Shown: positions 1-12,990, counted from the first letter of the stretch. The stretch is DNA of 64,000 nucleotides from Felis catus (GCF_018350175.1 NC_058368.1:180360001-180424000); one strand, 5' to 3'. A program made the numbers and translations. The notes: generated by a model from the sequence alone, not told the origin.

Positions 1-301
1 CATATCCAGCCTACCGCCTGTTTTGGACAGCCCAAGCTGTGAATGGTTTTTATATTTTTAAATGGCTAAAAAACACAAACAAACAAAGAATGATATTTCA
101 TGACCTGTGAAAATTACACGAAATTCAAATTTCAGCGCCCATAAGTAAAGCTTCAGTGGTGGGGACATGATGGCAAGTATCATCTACAGATACTTTGATG
201 CTGTAACAGGAGGGCTGAATAGATGCACCAGAATCCACAGGGCCCACAAAGCAGACATTTACTATCTGGACCTTTCCAGAAAACATTTGCTGACCCCCTT
301 C
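1..301 (+). mobile_element. MER58-like hAT-Charlie DNA transposon fossil (truncated by window start)
   Basis: Internal motif 'gaaattcaaatttcag' and terminal 'atttactatctggacctttccagaaaacatttgctgacccct' resemble the recalled MER58 consensus. Confidence 0.7.
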
Positions 302-1411
302 TGAGACCAAATGTATAACTGGAGGCTGTAACAGAATAATGCAGAAGAGCTACTGAGTGCTTCCCATGGGACAAAGTCTGTGCTAAGTGCTTATCTTATC
401 ATGCATAATTCCATTGAGTCTACAAAATACCCCATGTGTTGTAGACACTCATTAAATCTGTATTTCACAGAGGCAGAAATGGAGGCTTAAAGCCATGGTT
501 CTTGGCCCTGGCTGCACATTAGGATCACCCAGGGAGCTTTTAAAACTTACTGATGCTCAGGCCTCACCCAGACCCAGGGTCCCACAGGAAGCTGGTTGAG
601 TAAGACTCAGAATCCCTATCTGTCTGAATTCAGAGCACGTGCACTTAAGCCCAACTGTACTTCCCCCAAATGGCAAATTCACAGGCTGTGGTCATTTCTG
701 AGATGGGATTCGCCTTCTCCCTTCCTAGCTGGGAGCTGGTGTTCCTTCTCATTTCCTGAATGATCATTTCTACCATCTGTTGGGTGTCCGCTATGAGCTT
801 TGCGCTTTATCTTCATTATAGTGGCTTTTCCTTTAGTGGTCTGCAGTAAGTCCACTCAGTCAGTGTGACGTCCCACTTTTCCAGATGAGGCTCAGCCAAG
901 GTTAGAATGACTGTCCTGACAGTGGCTGCCCTTGTGGTGGAGGGCAGCGACCGGCCCAGACTGGGCTTCCAGAGAGCCAGTTATGCTCTGCCTCTTGATG
1001 CGTATGCTGGTTACACGGGTAGTTTGGTTTCTGAAAATTCACTGAGCTGTACACTTAGGGGAACTTTTGTGTGTTGTGCCACGCCGCAAGAAAAAGTTAA
1101 AAATGCTTTGCCAAAGGTTACACAAAAAACCATGAAGCTAAGATTTGAATCCTGGTCTATACTATTTTTTCCTAAATGTGTACTGAGACTTTTCGTTCAG
1201 GATACAAGAGACTAAGAAGCACTGAACCACACAGACAGAACGCTGTCTCCAGTTCTTCTGTGGACACCAAGGAGAAGTCTCTCCCTGGAAGCATGTCTCT
1301 AATATATCTGGAGAGAGAAGACCTCAGGCCTGGAGCCTTAGCAAGCAATACGTCTAGGTGGGTTTTAATGCTCTTGCTTTATTTTCATTACATTTAAGTT
1401 TTCCAGTTACC

Positions 1412-1880
1412 TTCTGAGGCAGACATGGCTCATGGTCTCCCTAGTATCCATTTCTACTTTCTTAGTAACAGAACCCTGATTTTTGTATCCCTTGCAGTTA
1501 GGTAGGCCAAATGGCTAAGCTCAGCCAGTGAGAACCAAGCAGAAACTGCTGGGTGGGACTTTGAGGAATGCGCCTTGGTTAAAAAGCATTCAGGCACATT
1601 CTTTTGTCTTTCCTCTTTTCTGATGCTTGCCTGATGGTTGGTGACTCAGCAGCCATTTTGAGCTAGAAAGAAGCCTCAGTGATGGCAGTCACCCAGTAAG
1701 AAAAGCAAAGCAGAAATAGAGGAGGACACTGGGTTCCCTGTAGTGCCATGGAGCTGACAGAGGAGGCCTGGATTGCTTCTTCCCATTCTTCTTTTTAAGT
1801 AACAAAGCAATAAACTATCTTATTTAAGCCTATTATTTCTCCTCCCTGTTCCTAGCAGTCAAATGAAATTCCTTATTGAA
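1412..1880 (-). mobile_element. MLT1-type (ERVL-MaLR) solo LTR, old
   Basis: Motifs 'ttagtaacagaaccctgatttt', 'cccttgcagttagg', 'gcagccattttgag' and 'tcttatttaagcc' are typical of old MLT1 LTRs. Confidence 0.6.
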
Positions 1881-2060
1881 ACATCTTCAATTTATGGCAG
1901 ATGATATTTACTTTCCATTTATAATAATACAATTTTTTTTTTAACCAACATAAATGTGAGTCAAGTTAGACACTAGTATGTGACCTAGCATGAGTGATTT
2001 ATAGCTCACAAAATGACAAACTGAGAAGAAATTTTGGGAACTATCATACCAGGCTATACA

Positions 2061-2369
2061 CAGTTGATTTTGGAACAACACGGATTTGAATTGCACTAGT
2101 CCACTTATATGTGGATTTTTTTTTGTTTTGAATAGTTACTTCTGATTTTCTTAACATTTCCCTTTTTCTGGTTTACTTTATTATAAGAATATAGTATGTC
2201 ACACATACAACAAAGTTTATATTAATGGACTGTTTATATTATTGGTAAGACTTCTGGTCAACAGTAGACTATTAGTAGTTAAGTTTTGGGGGAGTCAAAG
2301 TTCTGTGTAGATTTTGGACCATGCAGTGGCTCAGTGCCCCTAGCCCCTGCGTTGTTCAAGGGTCAATTG
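2061..2369 (+). mobile_element. Tigger2a/MER28-like TcMar MITE
   Basis: Imperfect terminal inverted repeats cagttgattttggaacaacacg ... gcgttgttcaagggtcaattg, followed by TA. Internal 'ggtcaacagtagactattagtagttaagtttt'. Confidence 0.75.
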
Positions 2370-2525
2370 TACCGCCTTGTTGCCTATAGAGAACCCATGA
2401 GGAGAGAGGTTCTCTGTCTTCCCAGGGGAACACTTCTCTTGGTTGCCCTGAAGTTTGGGGAGCTCATTCCTGCATCCAGGTCCACGTCAGATCAGTTCCT
2501 GAGGCCCAAGTGAGCCCTCACTTAC

Positions 2526-2617
2526 CAGCTGTCTTCCAGGGTCTGTGTGTTGATCCTTCCCTCCTGCCTCTTCTCCAGCTCCACTGCTGTCTGTTCCAAC
2601 AGAGCAGACACGGCATC
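2526..2617 (-). CDS. WWC1: WWC1 exon 17 (92 nt)
   Basis: Encodes DAVSALLEQTAVELEKRQEGRINTQTLEDS(W). CAG acceptor, GTAAGT donor. Confidence 0.95.
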
Positions 2618-3711
2618 CTGTGGAGACAAAGGCCCAAGGGTTCATCTGCATACTACTTGTAAGAATCACAGCTTAGAGTGTGACTTCCCCGTGAACTAAC
2701 ACTGAAGTCCAGAGTGGGTATGTGTCTTGCCCCAAGGTCACTTATAAACTGGAAATACAGCACTTAGTTCATCTAATTTGCGGTTCTCCTGAGAATAACT
2801 CCTCTATGCACAGACAGACTTTTGGAAGACAGTCAAGTTTAGGAGTTGAGTGAGGCAGAAATATAGGTCTCTCGCTGTAAAGAGATTATAGTGTAGTCAG
2901 GGAAACCATCACATGAACTGTCAATAATGTGATAATGTGAAACAATGTGATAAGGACTTTGCCAGAGGTTAAGCTTTGGATATTTAGGAACAACAGAGCA
3001 ATGGCAGTGTCAGGTTGGGGTTGCATTCAGGGAAGACTTCCTGGAGGAAGAACATCTATACTGAATGGTGTCTACAATGAGGAAGCCTGTGTGACTTGAA
3101 GAAATTAATCTGAGACTCAATTTCCTCTAGAGTAGTTTCTAATAACTACTACAAAGGGTTGCTATGAAGATTGAGAATATATACATAAGATATATAAAGA
3201 AGAGTACCTAGCACATAATTAGCACTCAGTAAATGGCAGCTCATAGTAAAGCAAAAACTGACCTTGTAGCTTTCTGAGCACATGGCTAATTTGCAAACAC
3301 CCTTTGTAGTGTGGGCCAGAGCTTGGAAAAATCCCTGAAATTTTCTTTTAGGGAACAGGGGACTAACACCAATTGAAGGCCTGGTATACGTCAGGCACTG
3401 GACAGACAGCTTATGTGTAACATCTTATATAATCTCTACAACTATTCTGAGAGATAGAGATTATGATTATTCCCTTGAGAAATGGAACAAGGAAACTAAT
3501 TGTGCCTAAGGTTGGTGTCACTTACCCAAGGACATGCTCCAGAAAGTAGAGGATGTTTTCAAGATATTTGCCAGCTCATGGACTCCTTTTTGAAGTGAGG
3601 AAGACCTAGCTTTGTTGTTTATTGGATGTATGTCCTTAGGTAACCTCTCTGAGCCTTGGTAAGTGGCACATAATAAACAGGACAGTGCCTGACACAAAAG
3701 GAAATGCAGGA

Positions 3712-3944
3712 GGGGCACCTGGGTGGCTCAGTCGGTTAAGCATCCGACTTCAGCTCAGGTCACGATCTCGTGGTCCGTGAGTTCGAGCCCCGCGTCGGGC
3801 TCTGGGCTGATGGCTCAGAGCCTGGAGCCTGCTTCCGATTCTGTGTCTCCCTCTCTCTCTGACCCTCCCCCATTCATGCTCTGTCTCTCTCTGTCTCAAA
3901 AATAAATAAACTTAAAAAAAAAATTAAAAAAAAAAAAGAAAAAA
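3712..3944 (+). mobile_element. Felid CAN-SINE (tRNA-derived)
   Basis: ggggcacctgggtggctcag head, (CT)n stretch and A-tail. TSD aaaaggaaatg(c/a)agga at 3696-3711 and 3945-3960. Confidence 0.92.
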
Positions 3945-4311
3945 AAAAGGAAATGAAGGAAATGATAAGGATTATGAAAAAGAAGGAAGAGGAGGAGGAG
4001 GGGAGGGGAGGTTGGGGGGAAATAGATTTGATCCTTCCCCTTATCCTTACCACCTGACCTAGCCCATCTTCTCCACTGAAATTCTGGGCAATGACTGTCC
4101 AAAGTAACCAAGTACTGACAGAAGGAAGACACACTACAGAGAATTATGAGCTAATTTGAATCCCAAACGCTTTCTCTTTGGGATTCCAAAAGGATCCTGT
4201 ATGCTGTGACACTCTATGTCCAAGGGCAACTTCACTGCTTGGTTGAATCTTGGCTAGCAGATGTGAGCTTCCCAAGTACAGAAAACAATTTCAGGACATT
4301 AAAAAGAAATT

Positions 4312-4529
4312 GTTTTTAATGTTTATTTATTTTTGAAGGAGAGAGAGAGAGAGAGACAGAGCATGAGCAGGGGAGGGGCATAGAGGGAGGGAGACACAGA
4401 ATCCAAAGTAGGCTCTAGGCTCTGAGCTGTCAGCACAGAGCCCAACGCGGGGCTCGAACCCCCAAACCACGAGATCATGACCTGAGCTGAAGTCGGACGC
4501 CCAACCGACTAAGCCACTCAGGTGCCCCC
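4312..4529 (-). mobile_element. Felid CAN-SINE
   Basis: Reverse-complement SINE body with (GA)n and ggtgcccc end; flanking repeat caggacatt. Confidence 0.9.
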
Positions 4530-5189
4530 CAGGACATTTTAAAGTGTATTGCACTAAAATGAAACCAATACATATTTTTAAACCAAAAATAGGCAAATGT
4601 AAGATTTTTAAGAAATATACGATAATGAAACAGATACCATTTATCAAGCACTTACAGAGTGCTCTTCACATACACTTCTTCAAACCTTCCTAACCACCTT
4701 TTTAGATAAGGATTTGGCATGAAAAAAGAGGTTCAGAGTGGTGAAATGACTGATCTGTCACCCACCTAACACATCCCGGTCAGTGTTGTTTTCTGCTGTG
4801 TCTTACAGCAAGCCTCCACCACGGACCACTATGCAGATAGCAGTATCTCAATAAAGGTTACTTTTCTACCTTCTACAGGTTTCTCCTTCCTTTTCTACTT
4901 CATTAAAAAAAATCATAAATTAAGGTTTTCATCAGGCAAGTTATACTATGGCAAGCAAAGTGCAGAAGGGGGGAACACAGATGAGGAAGGGGAAGGTTGC
5001 AGATCGGGGGCTACCTGCCCGTTTGCAGAGGTCTCTCCTATCTCATCATCTTCTTCTCTGTTCCAATACCCTCTGTTGCTTCCCCCACCTCTGAGGCCCA
5101 GTCATCTCCAATTCTGGGAGAGCTTTTCCTGTCATCCATCCAGATGCTGCACACCTAGGAGGGTGGTGCAAACCCGGGGCCCAACTCAC

Positions 5190-5342
5190 CGTGCTTTCAG
5201 GACCTGGGGTGGGGACCTTGGCTCCCACTGGCTTGGGCTCCCTGCTCTGCTTCTTCAAGTATTTGTAGCTCAGGAGGTTGTACCAGCGAGTCGACCTCTC
5301 CCCAGACCGACAGACCTCAGCCAGGCTGATCTGGGCGCCTCC
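5190..5342 (-). CDS. WWC1: WWC1 exon 16 (153 nt), end of C2 domain
   Basis: Encodes [54 protein letters not shown] acceptor, GTGAGT donor. Confidence 0.96.
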
Positions 5343-5559
5343 CTAGTTGAGGACAGGAAAAGGCAAGAGTATAAACCAGGGCTGACAAGGTATATTCTGA
5401 CAAGGCTCCTGGGGAGAGTATGAGAAACATCCTCAGATGAGATAGCAGCTTCCGGGAGGAGGAAAGGGCTAGTTGTTAATTATTTCCAATAACTCATTTA
5501 TTCACTAACTTATTCATTGGTTTACTCATTCACCAAATCTTTACTAAGCACCTATCGTA

Positions 5560-7230
5560 TGGTTTTTTTTTTTAATTATGACAAAACCCATAAAATTTAC
5601 CATCTCCTGCCCCCAGCTTTACTGAAATGTAATTGACATGTAACACTGTACTAGTTTAAGATGTACAACATAAAGATTTGGGTGGCGCCTGGCTGGCTCA
5701 GTTGGTAGAGCATGCGACTCTTGATCTGAGAGTCCTGAGTTCAAGGTTCACGTTGGGCATAGGGTTTACTTAAAAAAAAAAAAAAAAACAATTTGGTATG
5801 GTATTTATTATGAAATGATCACCACAGTAAGTTTACATCCACCACCTCATGGCTAGAAATTTTTTTTCTTATAATGAGACCTTTAAGATCTCCTCTCCTA
5901 ACAACTTCCAAATATGCAATACAGTGTTGTTTATGTACCATAGTCCCCACGGACTACAGTGCATGGTTAGACCTTATTTACCTTATGACTGGAAGTTTGT
6001 ACCTTTTGACCCTTCACCCATTTCCCCTACCCCCCACCTCTGACAACGATCAATCTGTTTTTCGTTATTATGAGTTTGGTTTTATAGATTTCACATGCAA
6101 GTGAGATCATACAAGTATTTGTATTTCTCTTTCTGGGTTATTTCACTTCATATAACGTTCTCAAGGTCCATCCATGTTGTCACACAAAATTTGCCATCTT
6201 AATTAAAGTGTATATAGTTCAGTAGTGTTAAATACAGTTACATTGTTATGAACCAGATATCCAGTACTTTTTTCATTTTGGAAATCTGAAACTCTACACC
6301 CATTAAGTAACTTCCCTCTTCCCTTCCCCTGGTCCCTGGCAACCACCATTCTACTTTCTGTTTCTGTGAATTTGATGACTCTAGGTCCCTCCTATAAGTG
6401 GAATCACACAACATTTGTCTTTTTGTGACTGGCTTATGTGATTTAACACAGTGTTCTCAAAGTTCATTCATGTTGTAGCATGGGACAGGATTTCTTTCCT
6501 TTTTAAGGCTGAATAATATTCCATTATATCAAGAGACCACATTTTTAAATCCATTTATCCACTGATACACTTTTAGGTTGCTTCTGTCTCATGGCTATTG
6601 TGAAGAATGTTGCTGTCACTGGGTGTAACCTTGGATATATACCCAGTTGTGAGATTGCTAGATCGTATGGTAATTCTATTTTTAATTTTTTGAGAAACCC
6701 CACCCTCGTTTCCATAGCAGCTCTGCATAATGTTTTACCACCAACAGTGCACAAGGGGTTTCTTTATTCCACATCCTTGCAAACATTTGCTATTTCTTGT
6801 CTCTTTGATAACAGCCTTTCTAAGAAGGGTGAGGTGCTATCTCACTGTGACTCTGATTTGCATTTCCCTGATGATTAGTGATGGTGAGCATCTTTTTCTG
6901 TACCTGTTGGCCTTCTGTATGTCTTCTTTAGAAAAATGTTTATTAAGAGCCTCTGCACATTTTTATATTGGATTTTTTGCTTTTTTGCTATGGAGTTGTA
7001 TGAGTTCTTTATACATTTTGGATATTAACCCCTTATCAGATACATGATTTGCAAATATTTCCTCCTACTCAGCAGGTTGCCTTTCCATTTTGTTGATGAT
7101 TTCCTTTGCTGTACAGATTTTTAATTTTAATTTTTAATTTGATGTTGTCCCATCTGTTTATTTTTGCTTTTGTTGCCTGTGCTTTTGGAGTCAGATCCAA
7201 AAATTATCACCAAGACCAATGTCAAGGAAG
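5560..7230 (-). mobile_element. Nested L1 3' fragments (L1MA/MB-type 3' UTR and ORF2 end)
   Basis: L1 3' UTR motifs, and the ORF2 C-terminal remnant LKKLKIELPYDLAISQLGIYP in the 6545-6754 ORF. Confidence 0.85.
5680..5788 (+). mobile_element. Short CAN-SINE lacking the (CT)n segment
   Basis: tRNA-like head ggcgcctggctggctcagttggtagagcatgcgactcttgatct with A/B boxes, running directly into poly-A. Confidence 0.8.
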
Positions 7231-7431
7231 AAGATTTTGAACAACTCAAAGGGCCAGCAACAGGGGACTGGAGGAATAAACTATAATATATCTACACAAT
7301 AGGATATTATATAGACATGTATAAAAAATGAGAAAGATCTCTAGGTGCTGATGTGGACAGACTTCCAGGCTGTATTGTTAAGGGAAAAAATAGAATAGTG
7401 CAAAAGAGAATATGCAATATTCTCTCTCTCC

Positions 7432-7441
7432 ATATATATAT

Positions 7442-7490
<49 letters not shown>

Positions 7491-7496
7491 TATATT
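7432..7496. repeat. (TA)n microsatellite, interrupted
   Basis: Visible dinucleotide run. Confidence 0.9.
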
Positions 7497-8619
7497 TATT
7501 TATTTATTTCTCTTTCTGGCTTATGTATATATACATACTATATTGAACCATATTTGAAGTGCAAAGGGTAGTGAACATTATCACATACACATATGTGCAA
7601 CAAGAAATAATGGGAAGATAAAGACAACACTAATCAAAGTGGGTAGCTATACAGGGTAGGTGGTGGGATTGGGTGCAAGGGGCAGGGAAGCAAGATTGCT
7701 TTTGAGTAAACCTTTCTATACAGTTTTTCTTTGAATGGTGTAAATGGATGCCTTAAGATGAAAACAACCTCCACAAAATTAATCTCACTGAATATAACCT
7801 CCCAGAGAGGGGACTTATTTCCAGTGACTTGACTTTTTACCATACATCCTTAGTGGAAAAAATGACCAAATACTTTTAATCATTCTTCACAGGTCTTACT
7901 ATTGTTTCAACATGTCCTCTTTGGAAGAGCCCCAACCAGGTTTGGGGTTAGCAAATTCACTGTCCTGAAACACAACAGTGGCTGTGCCAGCAGGTGGTAG
8001 AAATACCACAAGCTGGTTTGTGAAGTGGGCCAGTAGCTGAGTGGAGGCTTGGGTGGTACCTGGGATGGGGAGGGGGCTCCCCAATCTACCTGGGATCCTT
8101 TCTACCAGTTTTTCCTTCTATTAGGATACACCAGGGCATGGCATGGATTGTGCAAACTCATTGTGTGTCTAAAGGTTAATTTCTAGAACAGTGGTGAGCA
8201 AGTGGAGAAAACAAGGTAAATGACTCCTACGTGCAGGACTAGAGTCCGTTCAGGAATTAAATACCTGTGCGTTTTAGTCACCTGTAATAAATTTAAATAT
8301 ACACAAATATGTGTATATTACTCATTTACTCACTTAACAAATATCCTCTGAGCACTTTGCAGACTCTGGAGCCATAGAAACATGTAAGACAGGATGTTGC
8401 CCCCAAAGGGGTCACACTTTCTTGAGAAGACAGACAAATGTGTCAGATATTACAGTTTAGAACATGCCAGGCCATGTTTGAGGGGCAAGGGGGAAAGAAT
8501 ATAATGACAGCTTTGAGGTGTACCATCAGATTATTATTAATTCCAACAAGATATACTGTCTATTTGGGGCTGGCTCATAGGTATAAATGTGGTCTACTTT
8601 GGTAAATGATGCCCTGTGA

Positions 8620-10200
8620 GGGCATTCATTTATTTATTCACTACACACAGGTAGCTAAGTAGCCTCTATGTGCCAGACACTGTTTTGAAGGCTGGGGATA
8701 CAGTAGGATTTAAGGCAGATGAGAATCTCTGTCCTCATGAGCTTACATTCCAGTCTGGGGGAATCAGATAAACAAATCAGTAAGTAAAGTCAGTGTACTA
8801 TTTCATGCATTACTAAGAAAGAAAAATAGTTGTCAATTACACTCTGACCTGTCATCTAGTATAAACTGCATCTTGATTCTAGAGATTTGATAAAATGTGA
8901 AAATCATGTATACCCTAAAATCTGTAATACTGATAAATGTTAGGTGGGGGAACGCGCTGCAGAGAAAAATAACACGGGGGCGGGGGACAAGAGTGGAGGG
9001 GGAATGTAATTTTTAAATAGGATGGAAGAAAGACCTCCCTGAGAAGGTGACATCTGGGTCAAGCCCACAATGAGGCGGGAGAGTGAGCCCTGTCCATCAG
9101 TATCTGGGAGAAGAGAATTCTGGTCAGAGGGGCCAGCAAGTGCAAAGGCCTGGGGCAAGGAGCGTGTTGGTATATTCAAGGGGAACAGGGAGGCTGGAGG
9201 AAGAGTCTGGGGATAAAATCTGAGAGATAACAAGAGACAGATCCCCGAGGGCCTTGGAGGGCAGGCAAGGGGCCCAGGAGTTGACTCCAGATGGACACAG
9301 AAGCGAATGTAAAGTTTTAGGTAGAGGAGTGGTAAGCACTGATTTGCAATTTAATAGGATCACTCTGGCGACTGTGTTGAGAGGAGATGAAGGGAGGCAA
9401 GGACAGACCAAGGAGACCCAGGAGAGATTGCTGCACAATCCAGGTGACAGACAGCAGTGGGACAGGAGCAGCGCTAAGTGGCCGGGGTCTGGGGATCTTC
9501 TGAAGAGGGACCTGCCTGGAATTCCTGAAGGATTAGATGTGGAGCAGAGAGGAAGAGACAGGTCAAGGATGAGCCTGTGGTCTCTGGCCTGGGCAGTGGA
9601 AGAACAGAGTTGCTTTTAGCTGAGACAGTAAAAACACAGGAAGACAGATCAGGAGTGTGCTTATGGACAAGTTCATCTGAGATGCCTCCTGGACAAGCAA
9701 GAGAAGATGTGGAACAGACAGCAGAGGTGTTATGCAGCTGTGAGTGGGGAGGCCCAGGCTGGAGCCATACATCTGACATGGTGTTTGAAGCAGGAGATTG
9801 AGATGAGATTACCAAGGCAGTGAATGCAAACAAACAGAAAAGGGGAGAGGGGCGAGTCCTGAGCCCTGACACACAGCAGTTGGGGAAATGAGAAGAATCA
9901 GCCAAGGAGACAGAGATGCCAGTGATGAGGGAAGAACACTGAGAGTGAGGTGCTGGGGAAGCCAAGTCAGGGCAAAGGAGGCCGAGGAGAACTCTGGGAG
10001 CAACTGAACCAAACACAGTCGACAGGCCAAGGAGGGTGAGGATGGAGAAGTGGCCACTGGGGTTAGCAACGAGGAGGCCACGGATGACCTCGGGGAGCAC
10101 ATTTCTAGCAGAATGATGATGGCGAAATCCCACATGAACTGCGTTACAAAGAGAACATTTCACCTTTTGCTATAAAGGAAAGAAACAAAGTAGTAGCTGG
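8620..10200 (-). mobile_element. L2 LINE fossil
   Basis: Reversed (TGAA)n-like tail at about 8623, typical L2 3' body, and a degenerate RT remnant (LLVANPSGHFSILTLLGLSTVFGSV, compare LDLSAAFDTV). Confidence 0.75.
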
Positions 10201-10750
10201 AGGGAGAAATGGGTAAAATCTTTCTTTTTTCTTTTTTTTTTTTTTGTTTGTTTTTTTGTTTCTTAAGAGAATTAATAGCCTGTTGGTGTACTGATAGGCC
10301 AGGCCCAGCAGAAGAGTGAAGACTGAAGAGAGGAAAGAGCCAGAAAATAACAGGTAGCGAGAAGTCGCCTCACATGGCAGTGCGGGGGGCCGACCTCAGA
10401 GCCAGGAGAAATGGCAAGACCCCAAGAACCGTGGGGAGCAAGGCCCTCAGCAGGGGGAGTATGAGGGTGGGAGAAGAGGCCAGAAGTCTGAGGACAGGGG
10501 AGAGGGTAAGAATTCGCCCCTGGGAAGGGGAAGGCAGTACCAGTGCTGAGTAGCATTAGGGCTCATGTGAGGTTTGTGACCACAATTTTAACAAGAGACC
10601 ATACGGCATGGCTGTGTTTTAGTGCATGGGCGGAGAGTTCACTTTGACAGGGCTGGGTTTTCCCAGGTGGGGATGGCAAGGTGAAAAAAGCCTCTTTGTT
10701 GTAATGGTTAACTATGGAATAGGAGGGGTGCCTGCGAAGTGGGCTTTCTT

Positions 10751-10967
10751 TTTTTTTTTTTTCAACGTTTATTTATTTTTGGGGCAGAGAGAGAGGCAGA
10801 GCATGAACGGGGGAGGGGCAGAGAGAGAGGGAGACACAGAATCGGAAACAGGCTCCAGGCTCTGAGCCATCAGCCCAGAGCCTGACGCGGGGCTCGAACT
10901 CACGGACCGCGAGATCGTGACCTGGCTGAAGTCGGACGCTTAACCGACTGCGCCACCCAGGCGCCCC
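10751..10967 (-). mobile_element. Young felid CAN-SINE
   Basis: CpG-intact body and a perfect 18-bp TSD tgcgaagtgggctttctt (10733-10750 and 10968-10985). Confidence 0.95.
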
Positions 10968-12271
10968 TGCGAAGTGGGCTTTCTTAACAGAACCTTCTCT
11001 GAGTGGCACTGAGCTTAGCAGCTAGGGAGTGGACAACAGGGTACAGCTGGAAAGCCTGTGACCCCGATTATGCCATGCTAAAGCATTCAGTAGAACAGTT
11101 GCCGGAGATAGTGGGCAAGGCAGGCCACGTGTTCATCCAAACCCATAATCCAGGTCTGTGGACAGGGGGACGTGGTAACCACCTGAGAGGCGGGACAGTA
11201 TGAAGGCTATGTGTAAAGAAGCTGCAATCAGGAAGCAGACTTCTCCACTTACTCGATGGATGACCTGGGCAGGTTACTTAGCCCTTTTGCGTCTTGATCC
11301 TTCATCTGTCAAGTGGAGGCAATCCTAACGCTTCTTCCTCAGGCCGCTGTGAGGGTTAAGGGAGACACTGCATGCAGATTTCTTAGTCCAGTACTACACA
11401 CAGACGCTGCTCAGGATGGGTACCACTGTGGCAGCCTGGCTCATTAAGCAGCTCAAAGCAGACCAGGGATTCCCCAAACCCAGCAGTGTAGGGAGACCGC
11501 GTGGGAGCACACGGCCTTTCTAGTGTCTCACTTCCTCGCTTACTCCTCTAGCCACCAAAACACGGCAGCCTGACACTCTATATCCCCACAGGATACGGGA
11601 AAGTAATTTCCCATTGGCTACAGACAGAGACAAGTCACAGTGGGATGAGCGCTTTGGCTGCTGCCATGGCAACCAGCAATGGCCACACTTCAATTAGGAA
11701 GGAGGAATAAAAGACATCCAATTAGGAGAAGAAAATAGGATTGAGTCTCTTCTCATTGAGGAATTCCCAGGGCTGAGGAAATGTTTCACAGAAGAGCCTG
11801 GGATTGGAAAAGCTTTCTGCTCTGGTGCCCAATATCTACCATGCTCACCAGTCTTCAGTCACTGTCCTACCTGTGGGCTCCAGGGAGCACCATGCTGGTA
11901 CAAACACCAAGGGGCTGATGTGGGTGGGCTGCAGAAGGCGAGCTGCCAGGCTTCTAACTGCTCATGGCTCTTCTTGACTGTGTGACCTTGGGAAGGTTCT
12001 TTTACCTCTCTCTGCCTCGGTTTCCTCACTGATATAACAGTACTTGTTTTATAAGATTTTAGTGAGGGTCAGATAGAGAAACTACACATAAGGGGCTTAG
12101 CTCAATGCCCACCACATAAACTGCATTCAATCTACGGATGCTATTGCATTACTGTCAGTAGTAACATCAACAACATAAATGGCAATGATGCTGTTTTGTA
12201 CCCCAGCTGAGGAGAGCAGGGGACTGATAGTCAGTGAGCATCTAGTATGTGCAGACACACTGTTGTTTTAC

Positions 12272-12441
12272 ATCCTTGCTATGGGGACCAGCGGCAATCA
12301 GCAGTACTCGGGGGCTTATCAGAAATGCAGAATCTCTTGGTGTCTGCCCCCACTACTGCCCCAGATTTGCTGAATCAGAATCTGAATTTTAACCAGACCC
12401 CCAGGTAACTTGTGTGCATGTTCAAATTCCAGAAACACAGC
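12272..12441 (+). mobile_element. MER5A-like hAT MITE
   Basis: Motifs 'cagaaatgcagaatctc', 'ctgaatcagaatctg' and 'ttttaaccagacccccaggt'. Confidence 0.65.
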
Positions 12442-12797
12442 TTTAATTCTCATTTAATCCTCAGAGAACCATCTGTGAGGTGGGCAGTGTTAGCTGGATT
12501 TTACAGATAAGGAAACTGAGACTGAGACTTAAAGAGTCATAGGCAACGCAGCCTCGGGCACAAGGGATGAAGCCCTGCAGTTCCATGGTTGACAAAGGGG
12601 CTTCCCGCCTCCTTGCCCCCTGCTCTCAATGAATGTGCCAATGCTGTTCACCTGTGCAACAGTCCCTGCCTGGAACCCAAGACAAGCTTCACACTACAGC
12701 CTGTGTTTTCTCCAAGCCTTCTCCCTGAAATACAAGGTGGGCCAATCTCCAGAAGGACAGAAGGCTGGACAGACAGAGAGACAGGCACAGCCCTCAC

Positions 12798-12990
12798 CAG
12801 GCACTCCTCCAGATGGCTTCTGTCGGTGGTACAGACATCAACTCTTAAGGTCTTCTGGTGAAGGGCTGGATAGGACATGGACACCCAGAACATTTCATTG
12901 AACACGAGAGTGTCTGAGGCATCCAGGGGCCGGGTCCGGAACAGGCAGGTGGTGCTTTCGGAGCAGGGAAGGATAGCTACACGAATGTTC
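12798..12990 (-). CDS. WWC1: WWC1 exon 15 (193 nt), C2 domain
   Basis: Encodes [67 protein letters not shown] acceptor, GTGAGG donor. Confidence 0.96.

Noticed and set aside
2515..2525. Tandem donor GTAA|GTGAG after exon 17 giving an immediate stop
   Set aside because: A GT at +5 is intrinsic to the GTAAGT consensus; nothing indicates regulated use.
5680..5760. tRNA-like sequence with A/B boxes
   Set aside because: It has the CAN-SINE 5' end and a poly-A tail and no intact acceptor stem, so it is a SINE rather than a tRNA gene.
9474..10163. Longest ORF in the track (229 aa)
   Set aside because: It lies within an L2 fossil and carries only a decayed RT remnant; not a gene.
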